This document shows, piece by piece, positions 55,062 to 64,000 of a stretch of 64,000 nt of DNA (the first letter of the stretch is position 1; every line of letters starts with the position of its first letter). The translations under genes were made by a program, and so were the position numbers. The stretch lies in the IMG/VR virus record IMGVR_UViG_3300036770_005778, positions 11,032 to 75,031 of that record. One strand, written 5' to 3'. The notes below the pieces were generated by a model. The model was not told where the DNA came from. It worked only from the letters and a program-made list of their open reading frames with translations, and made no database searches. The stretch is from a virus.

Positions 55062-58000
55062 TTAAATCTCTCCTGTGTTCTTAACACGCAATGGTATGTA
55101 GATGAATTCAACTGCCTTCACCGGTTCAATCGCGATATCAACATATAGTTCATTACGATCAATCCTAGATGGTGTGTTATTAGATTCATCACAGACCACA
55201 GCAAAGTCGTAGAGTGCTCTTAATCCAACTAATTCTAGCAACAGACTTTCTACAGCACCTTTGATTTCGTCTCTGGTAATCTTATCATTGGGTTCAAATA
55301 TATATGGTCGAGCCAGTTTTTGCAGTTGGCTACGTAGATACACCACCAATCTTGCTACATTGATTCTGTCCAATGCGCTGGCATTTCTAGCACGAGTTTT
55401 TTGACCGTATGCAACTAAACCGACGCCTACAAAGAAAGGAATTGGATTGACTTTTAGTTCATAAAGCGTATCACGCTGACCTTCGTTTAATGCCACGCTC
55501 TGGAACTCACCAGTTAGGCTATCGATATAACCTACTGCTGTTGCGTTGGTAATTCCACCACGTCTTGTTCCTGCTGGTGCAAACCACGGATATGAAACTT
55601 GATCGCTTAGAGCGATAGTTCTTAGCATCATATGAGTCGCAGGAACCACAGCATTTGCTCCGCTTAGATCTGTTGTAAATCCGTTTGGATAGTATACAGC
55701 ACAATATTCGTCATAACTTACGATACCGGTATCACCGTTGTCTAAAGCGCCGTTGGCATTGGTACCCCATGCTGTTAAACTGGTAGCATCTGCGGGTAGA
55801 CGCAGCGGTGTATCGCCAAGAACGAATGCAGTTAATCCACGATCTAAGTTCAGATTGATCAAGTTGCTAAGAGTTTCCGGATATCCTGGGCAAGCGATTA
55901 AGTTAAAGTTTCTGCGCTCTTCGTCGCGGATCTCTGAGCTGGTATCGATACAACTCTTTAGTTTCTGTTGTACCAGAGCACGTTGGGCCTTGCGACCAAA
56001 TGATCCCGAACCATCTTCGTTGTTAGGAGATGCTGTGGTCCAACGATCTGTCCAATAATTGGTCATTGCGTCGCCTAGAATAGGATCAAGACCTAATGCT
56101 GCTCTAGATGCTTGGAATCTCGGATTGTTCTCTGCAGTATTGATATAGTTATTTTGATAACGCTTAACATTACCACCGCTTCTGCGCAGATTCCACAACA
56201 ACATTCCTTTTGGATACAATGCAGGATCTGGAGCATCCGGATCTAAGAAATTGCTGGTTAGCAATTCTATGATAGTGGCTTCTCCTGTGCCGCCGTCGGT
56301 ATTCCATCTAGCATCTGCAAATAAAATGCCATCTTCAGTGGTTTGATCTGTTTTATCTATCAACGACCATGCAGCACTGGTTGTACCTGCATTAGTATAT
56401 CTGTAGATAGTTGGAAAGTTTTCGAGATCAGCAGTACTGATCCATAGATCATTATCTACCAGTGCTGTGCCGTCACTTTGTGCAGTGGGCTCAGAAGCGC
56501 TGACGATAGGACCTTCTGGATCTGTACCGGTGTACAAGGAATATGTATTTTTGTAGCCTACCCAGGTAGTACCGTTATGTACCATGATATCAACTTCGGA
56601 GAAGTTAGGAGTATACCATAATTGTCCATCGGCAGGTTCTGCCAGTGGTTGATCGCCCTGTGCAGCAAAATTTTCAGTGGCTAGAGGCTTCCAAAGAGTA
56701 GCAATATATTCGGTACCGTTGTCGGCTTCGTATAGATTTACTGTACCATCTTGATCTTCAATATCATACGGCGTGAATACTGATTCGATCACTGTACCGG
56801 TTCCGCCTAGGACGAATCTCATATCCCCGCCTGCGGTATGGCTTATTCTTACAGTGTTCGTAGAAGTTACTTCTGCGGTCACGTAATTAGTGTAAGCGAT
56901 AGGATTAGACGGATCAGTGTTATCAAATCCAAAGTTTGCCGCGTTGATTGCTGCGGCGAAAGCCTGTGCATCGCTTTCTGCATCGCTGGCAGAATTAAAA
57001 GTTACTGTAGTACTGATTAATTCTTCGTAACCTGGATGACTTTGTTTCAAGACAAAATCGTTACCAGTAACTGTGCCAAATGTCGCATTGGTAATTGCTG
57101 AAGTTTCAACAGTTGTGGAACCCTGTCCACCGCGTCTCCAAATTCTATATTCAACAGTTTCTGGAGAACTGTCATTGCCGCTGTTTTCGCTGGCATTGGT
57201 CTGAACGAACAGTTCTTCTTGATCGATACCTACGCCACCACCACTGCGATCTAGACCATAAAGTGCGGCATGTGTTGAGGCATACAAAGGTGCTGAATAT
57301 GAAACCCATAACTGTGCAGGACTGTTCCAACGCTTGATCAGCCATCTAGATCCGCTATTTGGGGTAGTAGTTTTAATCCATACAGATCCTGTTGGTCTTG
57401 CTGCCGCGTCAGTTGACTTGTATGCAGGAACTTGGGTGTGAGGTGTCTGCTGCAGTTTAGGAGAATAGTATGTGCCTGCGGTAATACCGAAGGGCGACCA
57501 ATCTCCTTCTAATGTTAATGCACCATCTGCTGTAGTGGTGCTACCATCTGAGCGTGTTGTACCGTCAGAATAGATATAAAGTCTATTATTAACTGCCTGT
57601 GCAGTAATTCCCACAGGTACTAGACCGTTTATTACTGTGGCTAATGTAGCCGCCGATCTCGATCCAGCAGTAATTGCAGTACCATTTAGAACTAATTCAC
57701 CGTGCGCTACTGGGTTCGCAACTGCTGTGGTTCCCTGCACTGCAGGATGGCTGGCTTTCCATTCTGGAGAACCGACCAGGACCCAAGTGCCCGATACTAC
57801 ACCTTGATCTCCAGCCCCACCGTTTCCTGCGCTTTTGTACCATAATTTGATATATTCTTTAGTCGCATCAACGTTTGTGTCTACACCAATAGTCTGTGCC
57901 ACGATCGCATAATCGCCTATCGAACCTACTGATGCTAATGGTCCATATGGATCTCCGTCTAATTTGCTAACATCTTCGTCAGTGAGCACTAACGGCACTT

Positions 58001-58493
58001 TGTTAGAAAATTTCTGACCGCCGACAACTGTTGACGGTGCTCCGTTCCATTCTTGGATACCCCATGATGTTGAAAGTGTATCTAACCACCATTTACCGTT
58101 TGTCGGTTCTGCTCCCGGGGCAGTAGTTTGTGCTTCCAATTCTGCGAGATTTACATCTGCTCGAACAATAAACGCTGCATTACTTACTCCGAGGTAACTG
58201 TATGCTGTTAATAGTCCATATTCATTTCTTTCGCCGCCGTGTACCGGACTGGCAGAAGGAGTCTGTTCAAAGAATGGAATGCCAAAAGTGTCTACTAGTT
58301 CTCTCTGACTAGTGATCTTAAATGCTTTCAGTGCATTCGCTGCGGTAGTGCCTATAGCAGTACCCGTGCCTGCTGCGTTAGATTTATCCTGTGCGGTAGC
58401 GATTACAATAAGAGGAGTAGTACCAGGTTCTGCTGGTGTATAAAAACTCTCGTCAATTACTGTAACTTGTACGCCTGGTGATGTTAGTGCCAT
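55062..58493 (-). CDS. contractile tail sheath protein (T4 gp18-like) with large central insertion
   Basis: SPGVQV..IDES, WFAPAG.RRG, LDRINVARL, FEPND..TR, CDESNNTP, IEPVKAVEFIYIP. Confidence 0.95.
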   Translation of the reverse strand: MALTSPGVQVTVIDESFYTPAEPGTTPLIVIATAQDKSNAAGTGTAIGTTAANALKAFKITSQRELVDTFGIPFFEQTPSASPVHGGERNEYGLLTAYSYLGVSNAAFIVRADVNLAELEAQTTAPGAEPTNGKWWLDTLSTSWGIQEWNGAPSTVVGGQKFSNKVPLVLTDEDVSKLDGDPYGPLASVGSIGDYAIVAQTIGVDTNVDATKEYIKLWYKSAGNGGAGDQGVVSGTWVLVGSPEWKASHPAVQGTTAVANPVAHGELVLNGTAITAGSRSAATLATVINGLVPVGITAQAVNNRLYIYSDGTTRSDGSTTTADGALTLEGDWSPFGITAGTYYSPKLQQTPHTQVPAYKSTDAAARPTGSVWIKTTTPNSGSRWLIKRWNSPAQLWVSYSAPLYASTHAALYGLDRSGGGVGIDQEELFVQTNASENSGNDSSPETVEYRIWRRGGQGSTTVETSAITNATFGTVTGNDFVLKQSHPGYEELISTTVTFNSASDAESDAQAFAAAINAANFGFDNTDPSNPIAYTNYVTAEVTSTNTVRISHTAGGDMRFVLGGTGTVIESVFTPYDIEDQDGTVNLYEADNGTEYIATLWKPLATENFAAQGDQPLAEPADGQLWYTPNFSEVDIMVHNGTTWVGYKNTYSLYTGTDPEGPIVSASEPTAQSDGTALVDNDLWISTADLENFPTIYRYTNAGTTSAAWSLIDKTDQTTEDGILFADARWNTDGGTGEATIIELLTSNFLDPDAPDPALYPKGMLLWNLRRSGGNVKRYQNNYINTAENNPRFQASRAALGLDPILGDAMTNYWTDRWTTASPNNEDGSGSFGRKAQRALVQQKLKSCIDTSSEIRDEERRNFNLIACPGYPETLSNLINLNLDRGLTAFVLGDTPLRLPADATSLTAWGTNANGALDNGDTGIVSYDEYCAVYYPNGFTTDLSGANAVVPATHMMLRTIALSDQVSYPWFAPAGTRRGGITNATAVGYIDSLTGEFQSVALNEGQRDTLYELKVNPIPFFVGVGLVAYGQKTRARNASALDRINVARLVVYLRSQLQKLARPYIFEPNDKITRDEIKGAVESLLLELVGLRALYDFAVVCDESNNTPSRIDRNELYVDIAIEPVKAVEFIYIPLRVKNTGEI

Positions 58494-58602
58494 TCCCTAA
58501 TCTCCTGGTAATAGTTGCTCATATTATTTAGCGGGTTATTACAAAAATGGGCTGTTATGCAACGAAGAAAAGGGCAAGAAAAGGGCGGTTAATAAATATT
58601 GT

Positions 58603-58938
58603 ATGCGTCCTCTATGTAAAACCTGTGGATCTAAACCCTGTGCTGTAAACTATCACAAGGCTAAGAAAACTTTTTATCGCAGCCAATGCGATACCTGTGC
58701 CAGAGGAGCGAATCCTAAACGTCCTCGTTGGTATCAGTCAGGATATAGGCAAAAAGATCAATGCGAGAAATGCGGTTTTAAAAGTCGATTCATAGAACAG
58801 TTTAACGTGTTCCATGTCGACGGAAATCTAGATAACTGCCGCCCTAGCAACCTGAAGACAATATGCGCGAACTGTCAACGAATTCTCCATCAAGAAGGGA
58901 TTCGCTGGAGGCAAGGAGATCTTCTTCCTGATGTATGA
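58603..58938 (+). CDS. HNH endonuclease-like zinc-finger protein
   Basis: CxxC pairs; VFHVDGNLDNCRPSNLKTICANC. Confidence 0.8.
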   Translation: MRPLCKTCGSKPCAVNYHKAKKTFYRSQCDTCARGANPKRPRWYQSGYRQKDQCEKCGFKSRFIEQFNVFHVDGNLDNCRPSNLKTICANCQRILHQEGIRWRQGDLLPDV

Positions 58939-59545
58939 TCAATGATCGTACTTGTTTATACAGGTCGTCAATAGTTCCATTATTGTCGATTTCGTGATCG
59001 AATTCGGTTCCTACCCAGGCAGTTTCGCTGGCATGAATTTTTCGACCTTTGAGATCTTGTACGGCCCAATTAAATCCGCTATTGGCCTTCAATGCGATAT
59101 CATACCATTCAGGCAAATTTCCTCTCTTCACCCATATGATTTTTCCGCCAGCGCTTTTAATAGACGAAATTTCATTAGGAAAACGACAATCACTAATTAC
59201 CACATGATCTCGACTATTACGCAGTTTGTTTTCTAGGCTGGCGATCCAGATATCATCGTGGAAGGCTTTGCGGCACACTTCGGTACCCCAGTACTGTAAT
59301 ATCCAACGGGGAGTTAGCGTAGGCATATCTAGACGTTCTGCCCACCACGGATCTACTTGCTCGCGCCACTCTCGGGCTTCCTTGGTACGCCCTTCTAACA
59401 GCGTTCGGTCCCATCCAAATACCGCGCTTACAGCATCTTTGAGAGTGTTGGCAAATGACTCTCGCCTGAATTCGTGAAAGTTAACTAGATAGTCAGCGAC
59501 TGTGTCCTTGCCGCTGCCGATAAATCCGCAAATACCTATGATCAT
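58844..59545 (-). CDS. deoxynucleoside monophosphate kinase (T4 gp1-like)
   Basis: GFIGSGKDT, FA..LKD, TPR..LQ..GTE, DCRFPNE, HASE. Confidence 0.92.
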   Translation of the reverse strand: MIIGICGFIGSGKDTVADYLVNFHEFRRESFANTLKDAVSAVFGWDRTLLEGRTKEAREWREQVDPWWAERLDMPTLTPRWILQYWGTEVCRKAFHDDIWIASLENKLRNSRDHVVISDCRFPNEISSIKSAGGKIIWVKRGNLPEWYDIALKANSGFNWAVQDLKGRKIHASETAWVGTEFDHEIDNNGTIDDLYKQVRSLIIHQEEDLLASSESLLDGEFVDSSRILSSGC

Positions 59546-59565
59546 AATTGTCTCCTCATAAGACG

Positions 59566-59594
59566 ATTATAATGTCGTCTTAATACTGTGTCAA
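59566..59594 (-). promoter_or_regulatory. sigma70 promoter for dNMP kinase
   Basis: TTGACA-N17-TATAAT on - strand, AGGAG RBS. Confidence 0.8.
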
Positions 59595-60554
59595 CTTATT
59601 TGTAGAAAGGATCATAGTCGATATCGGTTTCCATTTTTCTAATTTAATATCTGCAGGACACTTGCAATATTGTTTTGGACATATAATTGGATTTTGGTTT
59701 GGAACGAAATCTCTCAGAGTCGAAATTTTTTTAACTGAACAAAGACCAGCGTATATATTTCCCATCGCATCTATTTTAAATCCCTCTTGTCCGGCACGAC
59801 AATACCATCCCAAAAATTGATGTTTATTTTCTCTCGTTAGAGACAATGGATTAAGTCGTTGTTTGGTTCCGTCTTGATAGTTCAACCAACTGTTTCCTCT
59901 TCGATCATTTTCTGATATTTTCGACACAAGCCCTTGCATTTTATCTATTTGATCTTGTGTATAAGAATATAATTTCCCATCTATAGTTTTATCTTGACCG
60001 TCATATACCGTTAATATTTTTACATTTATAAACTGATGAAGATCAGAATCTAGATTATTATAGACTCGATCTATCCAATCCCAGTTTTCTGGATCAGCCA
60101 TTAGATTAAAACTTAAAAGAGTTCTTGATTTTAAAAATAAACCTAAATTATTGATTTTTTCTAAATCTGTAAATTCCGGATGGAGAGAAATTGTTATCGA
60201 ATCCGGCAGTGACGTTAATTTATTCCACCAACTGATAGGTCTGCTGCCATTTGTTACTAATTCTACAAACCCGTTGATTTTTTTAATCTGATTGATTATT
60301 AATTCTATGCTCGGATGAACTGTAGGTTTTCCTCCGGATAACGTTATTATAATTAGATAAGAATCCGTAAATTTTTCTAAACTGCCTATAAAATTTATTA
60401 TTTCATCATCGCCTGGGAATTCCGGACTTTTAGATTTTAATCCTTGATGTAAATTAGGAGGACAGTAACTACATTTAAAATTACAATAGTCAGTTAATAG
60501 CCAGTAAAAATACATGGCTTTAACGTCTCGAGTAATAGATGATAAGACAGCCAT
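59580..60554 (-). CDS. radical SAM protein with Cys-rich C-terminal extension
   Basis: CNFKCSYC; SGGKPT; TNGS; C-terminal C.AG...C...CP...C.C. Confidence 0.85.
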   Translation of the reverse strand: MAVLSSITRDVKAMYFYWLLTDYCNFKCSYCPPNLHQGLKSKSPEFPGDDEIINFIGSLEKFTDSYLIIITLSGGKPTVHPSIELIINQIKKINGFVELVTNGSRPISWWNKLTSLPDSITISLHPEFTDLEKINNLGLFLKSRTLLSFNLMADPENWDWIDRVYNNLDSDLHQFINVKILTVYDGQDKTIDGKLYSYTQDQIDKMQGLVSKISENDRRGNSWLNYQDGTKQRLNPLSLTRENKHQFLGWYCRAGQEGFKIDAMGNIYAGLCSVKKISTLRDFVPNQNPIICPKQYCKCPADIKLEKWKPISTMILSTNKLTQY

Positions 60555-60584
60555 CAATTTTTATTTTTAATTTATTTCAAACCG

Positions 60585-60923
60585 TTATCTATAAGGTTTC
60601 GGTTGTTTTGGTTTACCTGTATTCAATCGATTGGCCAATACACTGGCTGTGTTGATGGTTTTAGTTCTCTGGGTTCTACGAGCAGCCTGTACTTTTGTTC
60701 TAGCTCTCGTAGTTTTCATTTTTTGAGATTTGGCCATGTCTACTGGTTGATGGCATTTTGATGGATGGCTGACTTGTCTACCTGCTCTAGGACCTGTGCT
60801 ACAACGGAATTTTAGTTTAGTTTGGCCGCCGCGAGCGTCATGTTTGCCTACACCCCAAACCATTTTAGCAGTTTCGGTGTACATTTTTTCATCGCTTTCA
60901 AAAATAAATTCCGAGGCTCTCAT
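60585..60923 (-). CDS. small very basic protein
   Basis: MRASEFIFE N-terminus; Lys/Arg-rich. Confidence 0.7.
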   Translation of the reverse strand: MRASEFIFESDEKMYTETAKMVWGVGKHDARGGQTKLKFRCSTGPRAGRQVSHPSKCHQPVDMAKSQKMKTTRARTKVQAARRTQRTKTINTASVLANRLNTGKPKQPKPYR

Positions 60924-61678
60924 CCTATGATCCAGGTATATCCGTGGCCTCCAGGTACTGCAGTTTCTAATTCTTTAGTCAGTCTTTCGATATCGGCCTG
61001 ACCTTCGGATTTCATAGCAGCTCCGTTGAGTGCTGTGCCGCCTGTCGGACCTGCTATCGATGCGAATTTTTCACGGGCTTGCCCTAGCATTATTTTACAA
61101 TTGGCCAGACTGTAGTCTTTGATCCATTGATTGGCATAGGTATCTTCTATAATAGCGAAATCTGGGCGTTTGTTGTAGACCCATAGCATTACCTCTTCTT
61201 CTCCTCTAGGCCTCTGAAATATAGTTAGTTTTCTTGTCTGTGGATTGAATGAAAAATTTATAAACGATCCGAACATTTTACCCACAAGTTCTTGATATCC
61301 CGAGAATAATTCGTAAGTGGCTAGTCCGCCCATGTTAGTTGAACTCAGGAGATAGGTATTAGTATAAGCTAGATTAAACGGTTCAAAAACTGTGCCTCCG
61401 CCTCCTCCGCCAGAGCGAGATCCTATACTCCGTCTGTATATCTGTCTCACTTGCTGTATTTCTCTAGGTAAAATGTAATCATTTTGATCTTTTTGCAAAG
61501 TCAAAAATGCGTAAGATTCTTCTACAGCGTTATCAGATCGCTGACGAAAAACACCTAAACTGCGATCTAATGCTGTTTCGTAATGTGCAGGATCGAGTTC
61601 TACATCTATCATACCATCACCTAGCATGGTTTTACAATAGTTATAGACACTTTGTCGGGCTTGGTCAATGTTGCTCAT
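60920..61678 (-). CDS. neck protein (T4 gp13-like)
   Basis: LG...IDVEL, WIKDY..A..K..LG....KF...GG..LNG. Confidence 0.85.
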   Translation of the reverse strand: MSNIDQARQSVYNYCKTMLGDGMIDVELDPAHYETALDRSLGVFRQRSDNAVEESYAFLTLQKDQNDYILPREIQQVRQIYRRSIGSRSGGGGGGTVFEPFNLAYTNTYLLSSTNMGGLATYELFSGYQELVGKMFGSFINFSFNPQTRKLTIFQRPRGEEEVMLWVYNKRPDFAIIEDTYANQWIKDYSLANCKIMLGQAREKFASIAGPTGGTALNGAAMKSEGQADIERLTKELETAVPGGHGYTWIIG

Positions 61679-61711
61679 AACAGTATTTATCGTAGCGGTA
61701 AATATATGACT

Positions 61712-62980
61712 ATGCCAAGACTCAGCCTCTACCGCCCAGAAAAGGGCAATGATTTTAAATTTATAGATAAAACCGCTTGGGAAATGTTTCAGGTGGGCGG
61801 AACAGACGTTTTAATACACAAATATCTCGGTCCAGGCTCATCTGTTCAAGGAAATTCGCCCACCACTCCTACATATAATTCGACTGATCCCAGTCAAATA
61901 CAGGATCTACTATTTTTAGAAAATAGAGATCGAAAATACGATCCAGATGTATATGTATTAAGAGGCGTTTACAATATACAAGACACTGATTTTAATTTAA
62001 GTCAGTTCGGTCTATTTTTACAGAACGACACGATCTTCATCACGTTTCATATACGAGATACTGTAGAAAAATTAGGAAGAAAATTAATCAGCGGTGATGT
62101 CATAGAATTACCTCATCTCAAAGATGAATATGCTCTTAACGATCTGTCATTTGCTCTTAAAAGATTTTATGTTATAGAAGAAGTTACTCGTGCTGCAGAA
62201 GGATTTTCTGTAACTTGGTACCCGCACCTGTATCGTGCTAAATGCAAACCGTTGGTCGATAGTCAAGAGTACAAAGATATATTAGATGGACTCGCAGGAG
62301 AAGGTTCGGATATGACCCTGCGAGATCTGATGAGCACCTATGAAAAAGAAATGCAGATCACCCAAGCAGTTCTTGAGCAGGCCGAATTAGATTCTCCGAG
62401 AAGCGGATTTGATACCACGCAGCATTATATGTTGCAAAAAGATGAAACTGGAAAAGTCGAAATCGTGACCGCAGACAATGTCCAACTGCTGGCTTCGATG
62501 CAGACACAGGCCACAGATGCCAGTGGAAATCTATTGTTTGACGATCAAGGCAATCCTATATATGTAGGTGCTACTTCTTCTACGATATTCCAAAGTCCGG
62601 AATATAACGGTCCAATGACTGGTGATGGAGACGGCGTTCCGCCCAATGGTGCACCATTCACCGCAGGAATAGCATTTCCTTTACAGCCGGGTGTCGGACA
62701 GTTCCATCTACGGACAGATTACAGCCCCAAACGACTGTTTAGGTTTAGCGGAACGAGATGGATTAAAGTTGAAGACGTTACTCGAATGACATTAAATAAT
62801 CTAGGCTATGAAGATGTCGTTGCTGGAGGTTCTCCAGATGATGTGTTCTTAGGCAAAGAAGTGCGATTGACTCAAAAAACTACTTTTGTAAACAATATCA
62901 AACAGAGTACTGTCAACGGTAAAACCGTAAAAGAAAAACAGAGTCTTACCAAAGCTCTAAGACCAAAGGCGGATGAATAA
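61712..62980 (+). CDS. neck/head-closure protein (T4 gp14-like)
   Basis: QDLLFLENRDRKY, LSQFGLF, GDVIELP; divergent from gp13. Confidence 0.7.
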   Translation: MPRLSLYRPEKGNDFKFIDKTAWEMFQVGGTDVLIHKYLGPGSSVQGNSPTTPTYNSTDPSQIQDLLFLENRDRKYDPDVYVLRGVYNIQDTDFNLSQFGLFLQNDTIFITFHIRDTVEKLGRKLISGDVIELPHLKDEYALNDLSFALKRFYVIEEVTRAAEGFSVTWYPHLYRAKCKPLVDSQEYKDILDGLAGEGSDMTLRDLMSTYEKEMQITQAVLEQAELDSPRSGFDTTQHYMLQKDETGKVEIVTADNVQLLASMQTQATDASGNLLFDDQGNPIYVGATSSTIFQSPEYNGPMTGDGDGVPPNGAPFTAGIAFPLQPGVGQFHLRTDYSPKRLFRFSGTRWIKVEDVTRMTLNNLGYEDVVAGGSPDDVFLGKEVRLTQKTTFVNNIKQSTVNGKTVKEKQSLTKALRPKADE

Positions 62981-64000
62981 TGGATTGGTTCTACGACGGC
63001 CAGATAAGAAGATATGTCACACAATTTATGCGTATCTTTATCGGCTTCAAATACAAGACCGGGGATGATACTCTAAGACACATACCAGTATCTTACGGTG
63101 ATCTCACGAGACAGGTGGCTTCTATCATCATGGAAAACTCCGAAAATAAAATGATGACTGTGCCTAAAATCGCTTGTTATATTTCCGGACTAGAGTTAGA
63201 TACCGCTAGATTAGCCGATGCTAGTTTTGTCAGCAAAATGCAGATTCGAGAAAGAGCATTTGAAGATTTTTATCCAGATGATCATCCAGATGTTAGGCTG
63301 AGAGGCACACCTATATATGAAAATTATCAAGGAGGGGGATATACCGTTGAAAGATTGATGCCTACTCCTTTTAAACTATCGATGAAGGCAGAATTATGGA
63401 GTTCTAACACGGATCAAAAACTCCAGATTCTAGAACAAATATTAATGCTGTTTAATCCTAGCCTAGAAATACAAACGACAGATAATTACATCGATTGGAC
63501 CAGTATCAGCGTAGTAGATTTAAAAAATATAAACTTCAGTTCGAGAACCATTCCTCAAGGCGCTGACACCAACATAGATATTGCTACCATGGAATTTACT
63601 ATTCCTATCTATATCACACCTCCGGCCAAAGTCAAGAAAATGGGAGTTATACGCAATCTCGTGATGAATGTTTTCACAGATTCGGGCGATGTTAAAGATC
63701 TCGAAGAATTGATATACAATCAAGAAAATGGTGATGCGCGGGTTAATACCACTCCGGGACAGTTCGGAGTTCTACTACTCAAAAGCAGCAACGGACAAGA
63801 TAGAGATTATGATTTGTCTGTTATAAGTCCAGGCGAAGTGGTTTCTTCTATGGGACTCTTACCTCCAATTAAACAGGGAGAAAGAATAGACTGGGAAAAG
63901 ATTCTCAATGTTTATGGTGGATACAACCCAGGAATCAGCAAAATTTATTTCTTACAGCCAAACGGAAATGAGATAGGGGGAACATTCGTGATCAATGAAG
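62980..64000 (+). CDS. tail terminator/sheath stabiliser (T4 gp15-like), partial; not in ORF track
   Basis: MDWFYDGQIRRYVTQF...PVSYG...PTPF.L...QKLQILEQILMLFNP; appears open to window end. Confidence 0.75.
   Translation, partial: MDWFYDGQIRRYVTQFMRIFIGFKYKTGDDTLRHIPVSYGDLTRQVASIIMENSENKMMTVPKIACYISGLELDTARLADASFVSKMQIRERAFEDFYPDDHPDVRLRGTPIYENYQGGGYTVERLMPTPFKLSMKAELWSSNTDQKLQILEQILMLFNPSLEIQTTDNYIDWTSISVVDLKNINFSSRTIPQGADTNIDIATMEFTIPIYITPPAKVKKMGVIRNLVMNVFTDSGDVKDLEELIYNQENGDARVNTTPGQFGVLLLKSSNGQDRDYDLSVISPGEVVSSMGLLPPIKQGERIDWEKILNVYGGYNPGISKIYFLQPNGNEIGGTFVINE

Noticed and set aside
1-64000. Stop-codon reassignment
   Set aside because: Core genes are full length in the standard code and TAA, TAG and TGA all end genes.

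Overview
64 kb of a large T4-like myovirus (lytic dsDNA phage; standard genetic code). 1-9.7 kb is an early region: 15 near-consensus sigma70 promoters (TTGACA-N17-TATAAT), most followed by an extended GGAGCG ribosome-binding site, driving small hypothetical genes. 9.8-15.7 kb holds accessory genes (three SGNH-like proteins, a 2OG-Fe(II) oxygenase, an MCD/GNAT-like protein, Bax inhibitor-1). 15.7-28.7 kb is a replication block (gp41 helicase, gp61 primase, a miniature DnaE, a gp62-like protein, UvsW) with a 2OG oxygenase and a carbamoyltransferase between helicase and primase. 28.8-43.8 kb is a ~15 kb nucleotide-sugar/glycosyltransferase/methyltransferase cluster. It is followed by UvsY, UvsX/RecA, gp32, terminase and head/tail/neck genes. 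The most striking feature is a 1138-nt island (6157-7294) whose + strand contains no TC or CC dinucleotide, so the template strand has no GA or GG. It encodes three proline-free early proteins, its promoters sit in hairpins, and it is bracketed by covarying AGTWAG-CA-CTWACT palindromes, although GATC is conspicuously frequent elsewhere. My inference is a strand-specific zone kept free of a context-dependent DNA modification or lesion. Many late genes carry TAAATA 4-6 nt before the ATG with no Shine-Dalgarno, suggesting leaderless late mRNAs. All protein family calls are from motif recognition by eye, not database searches.
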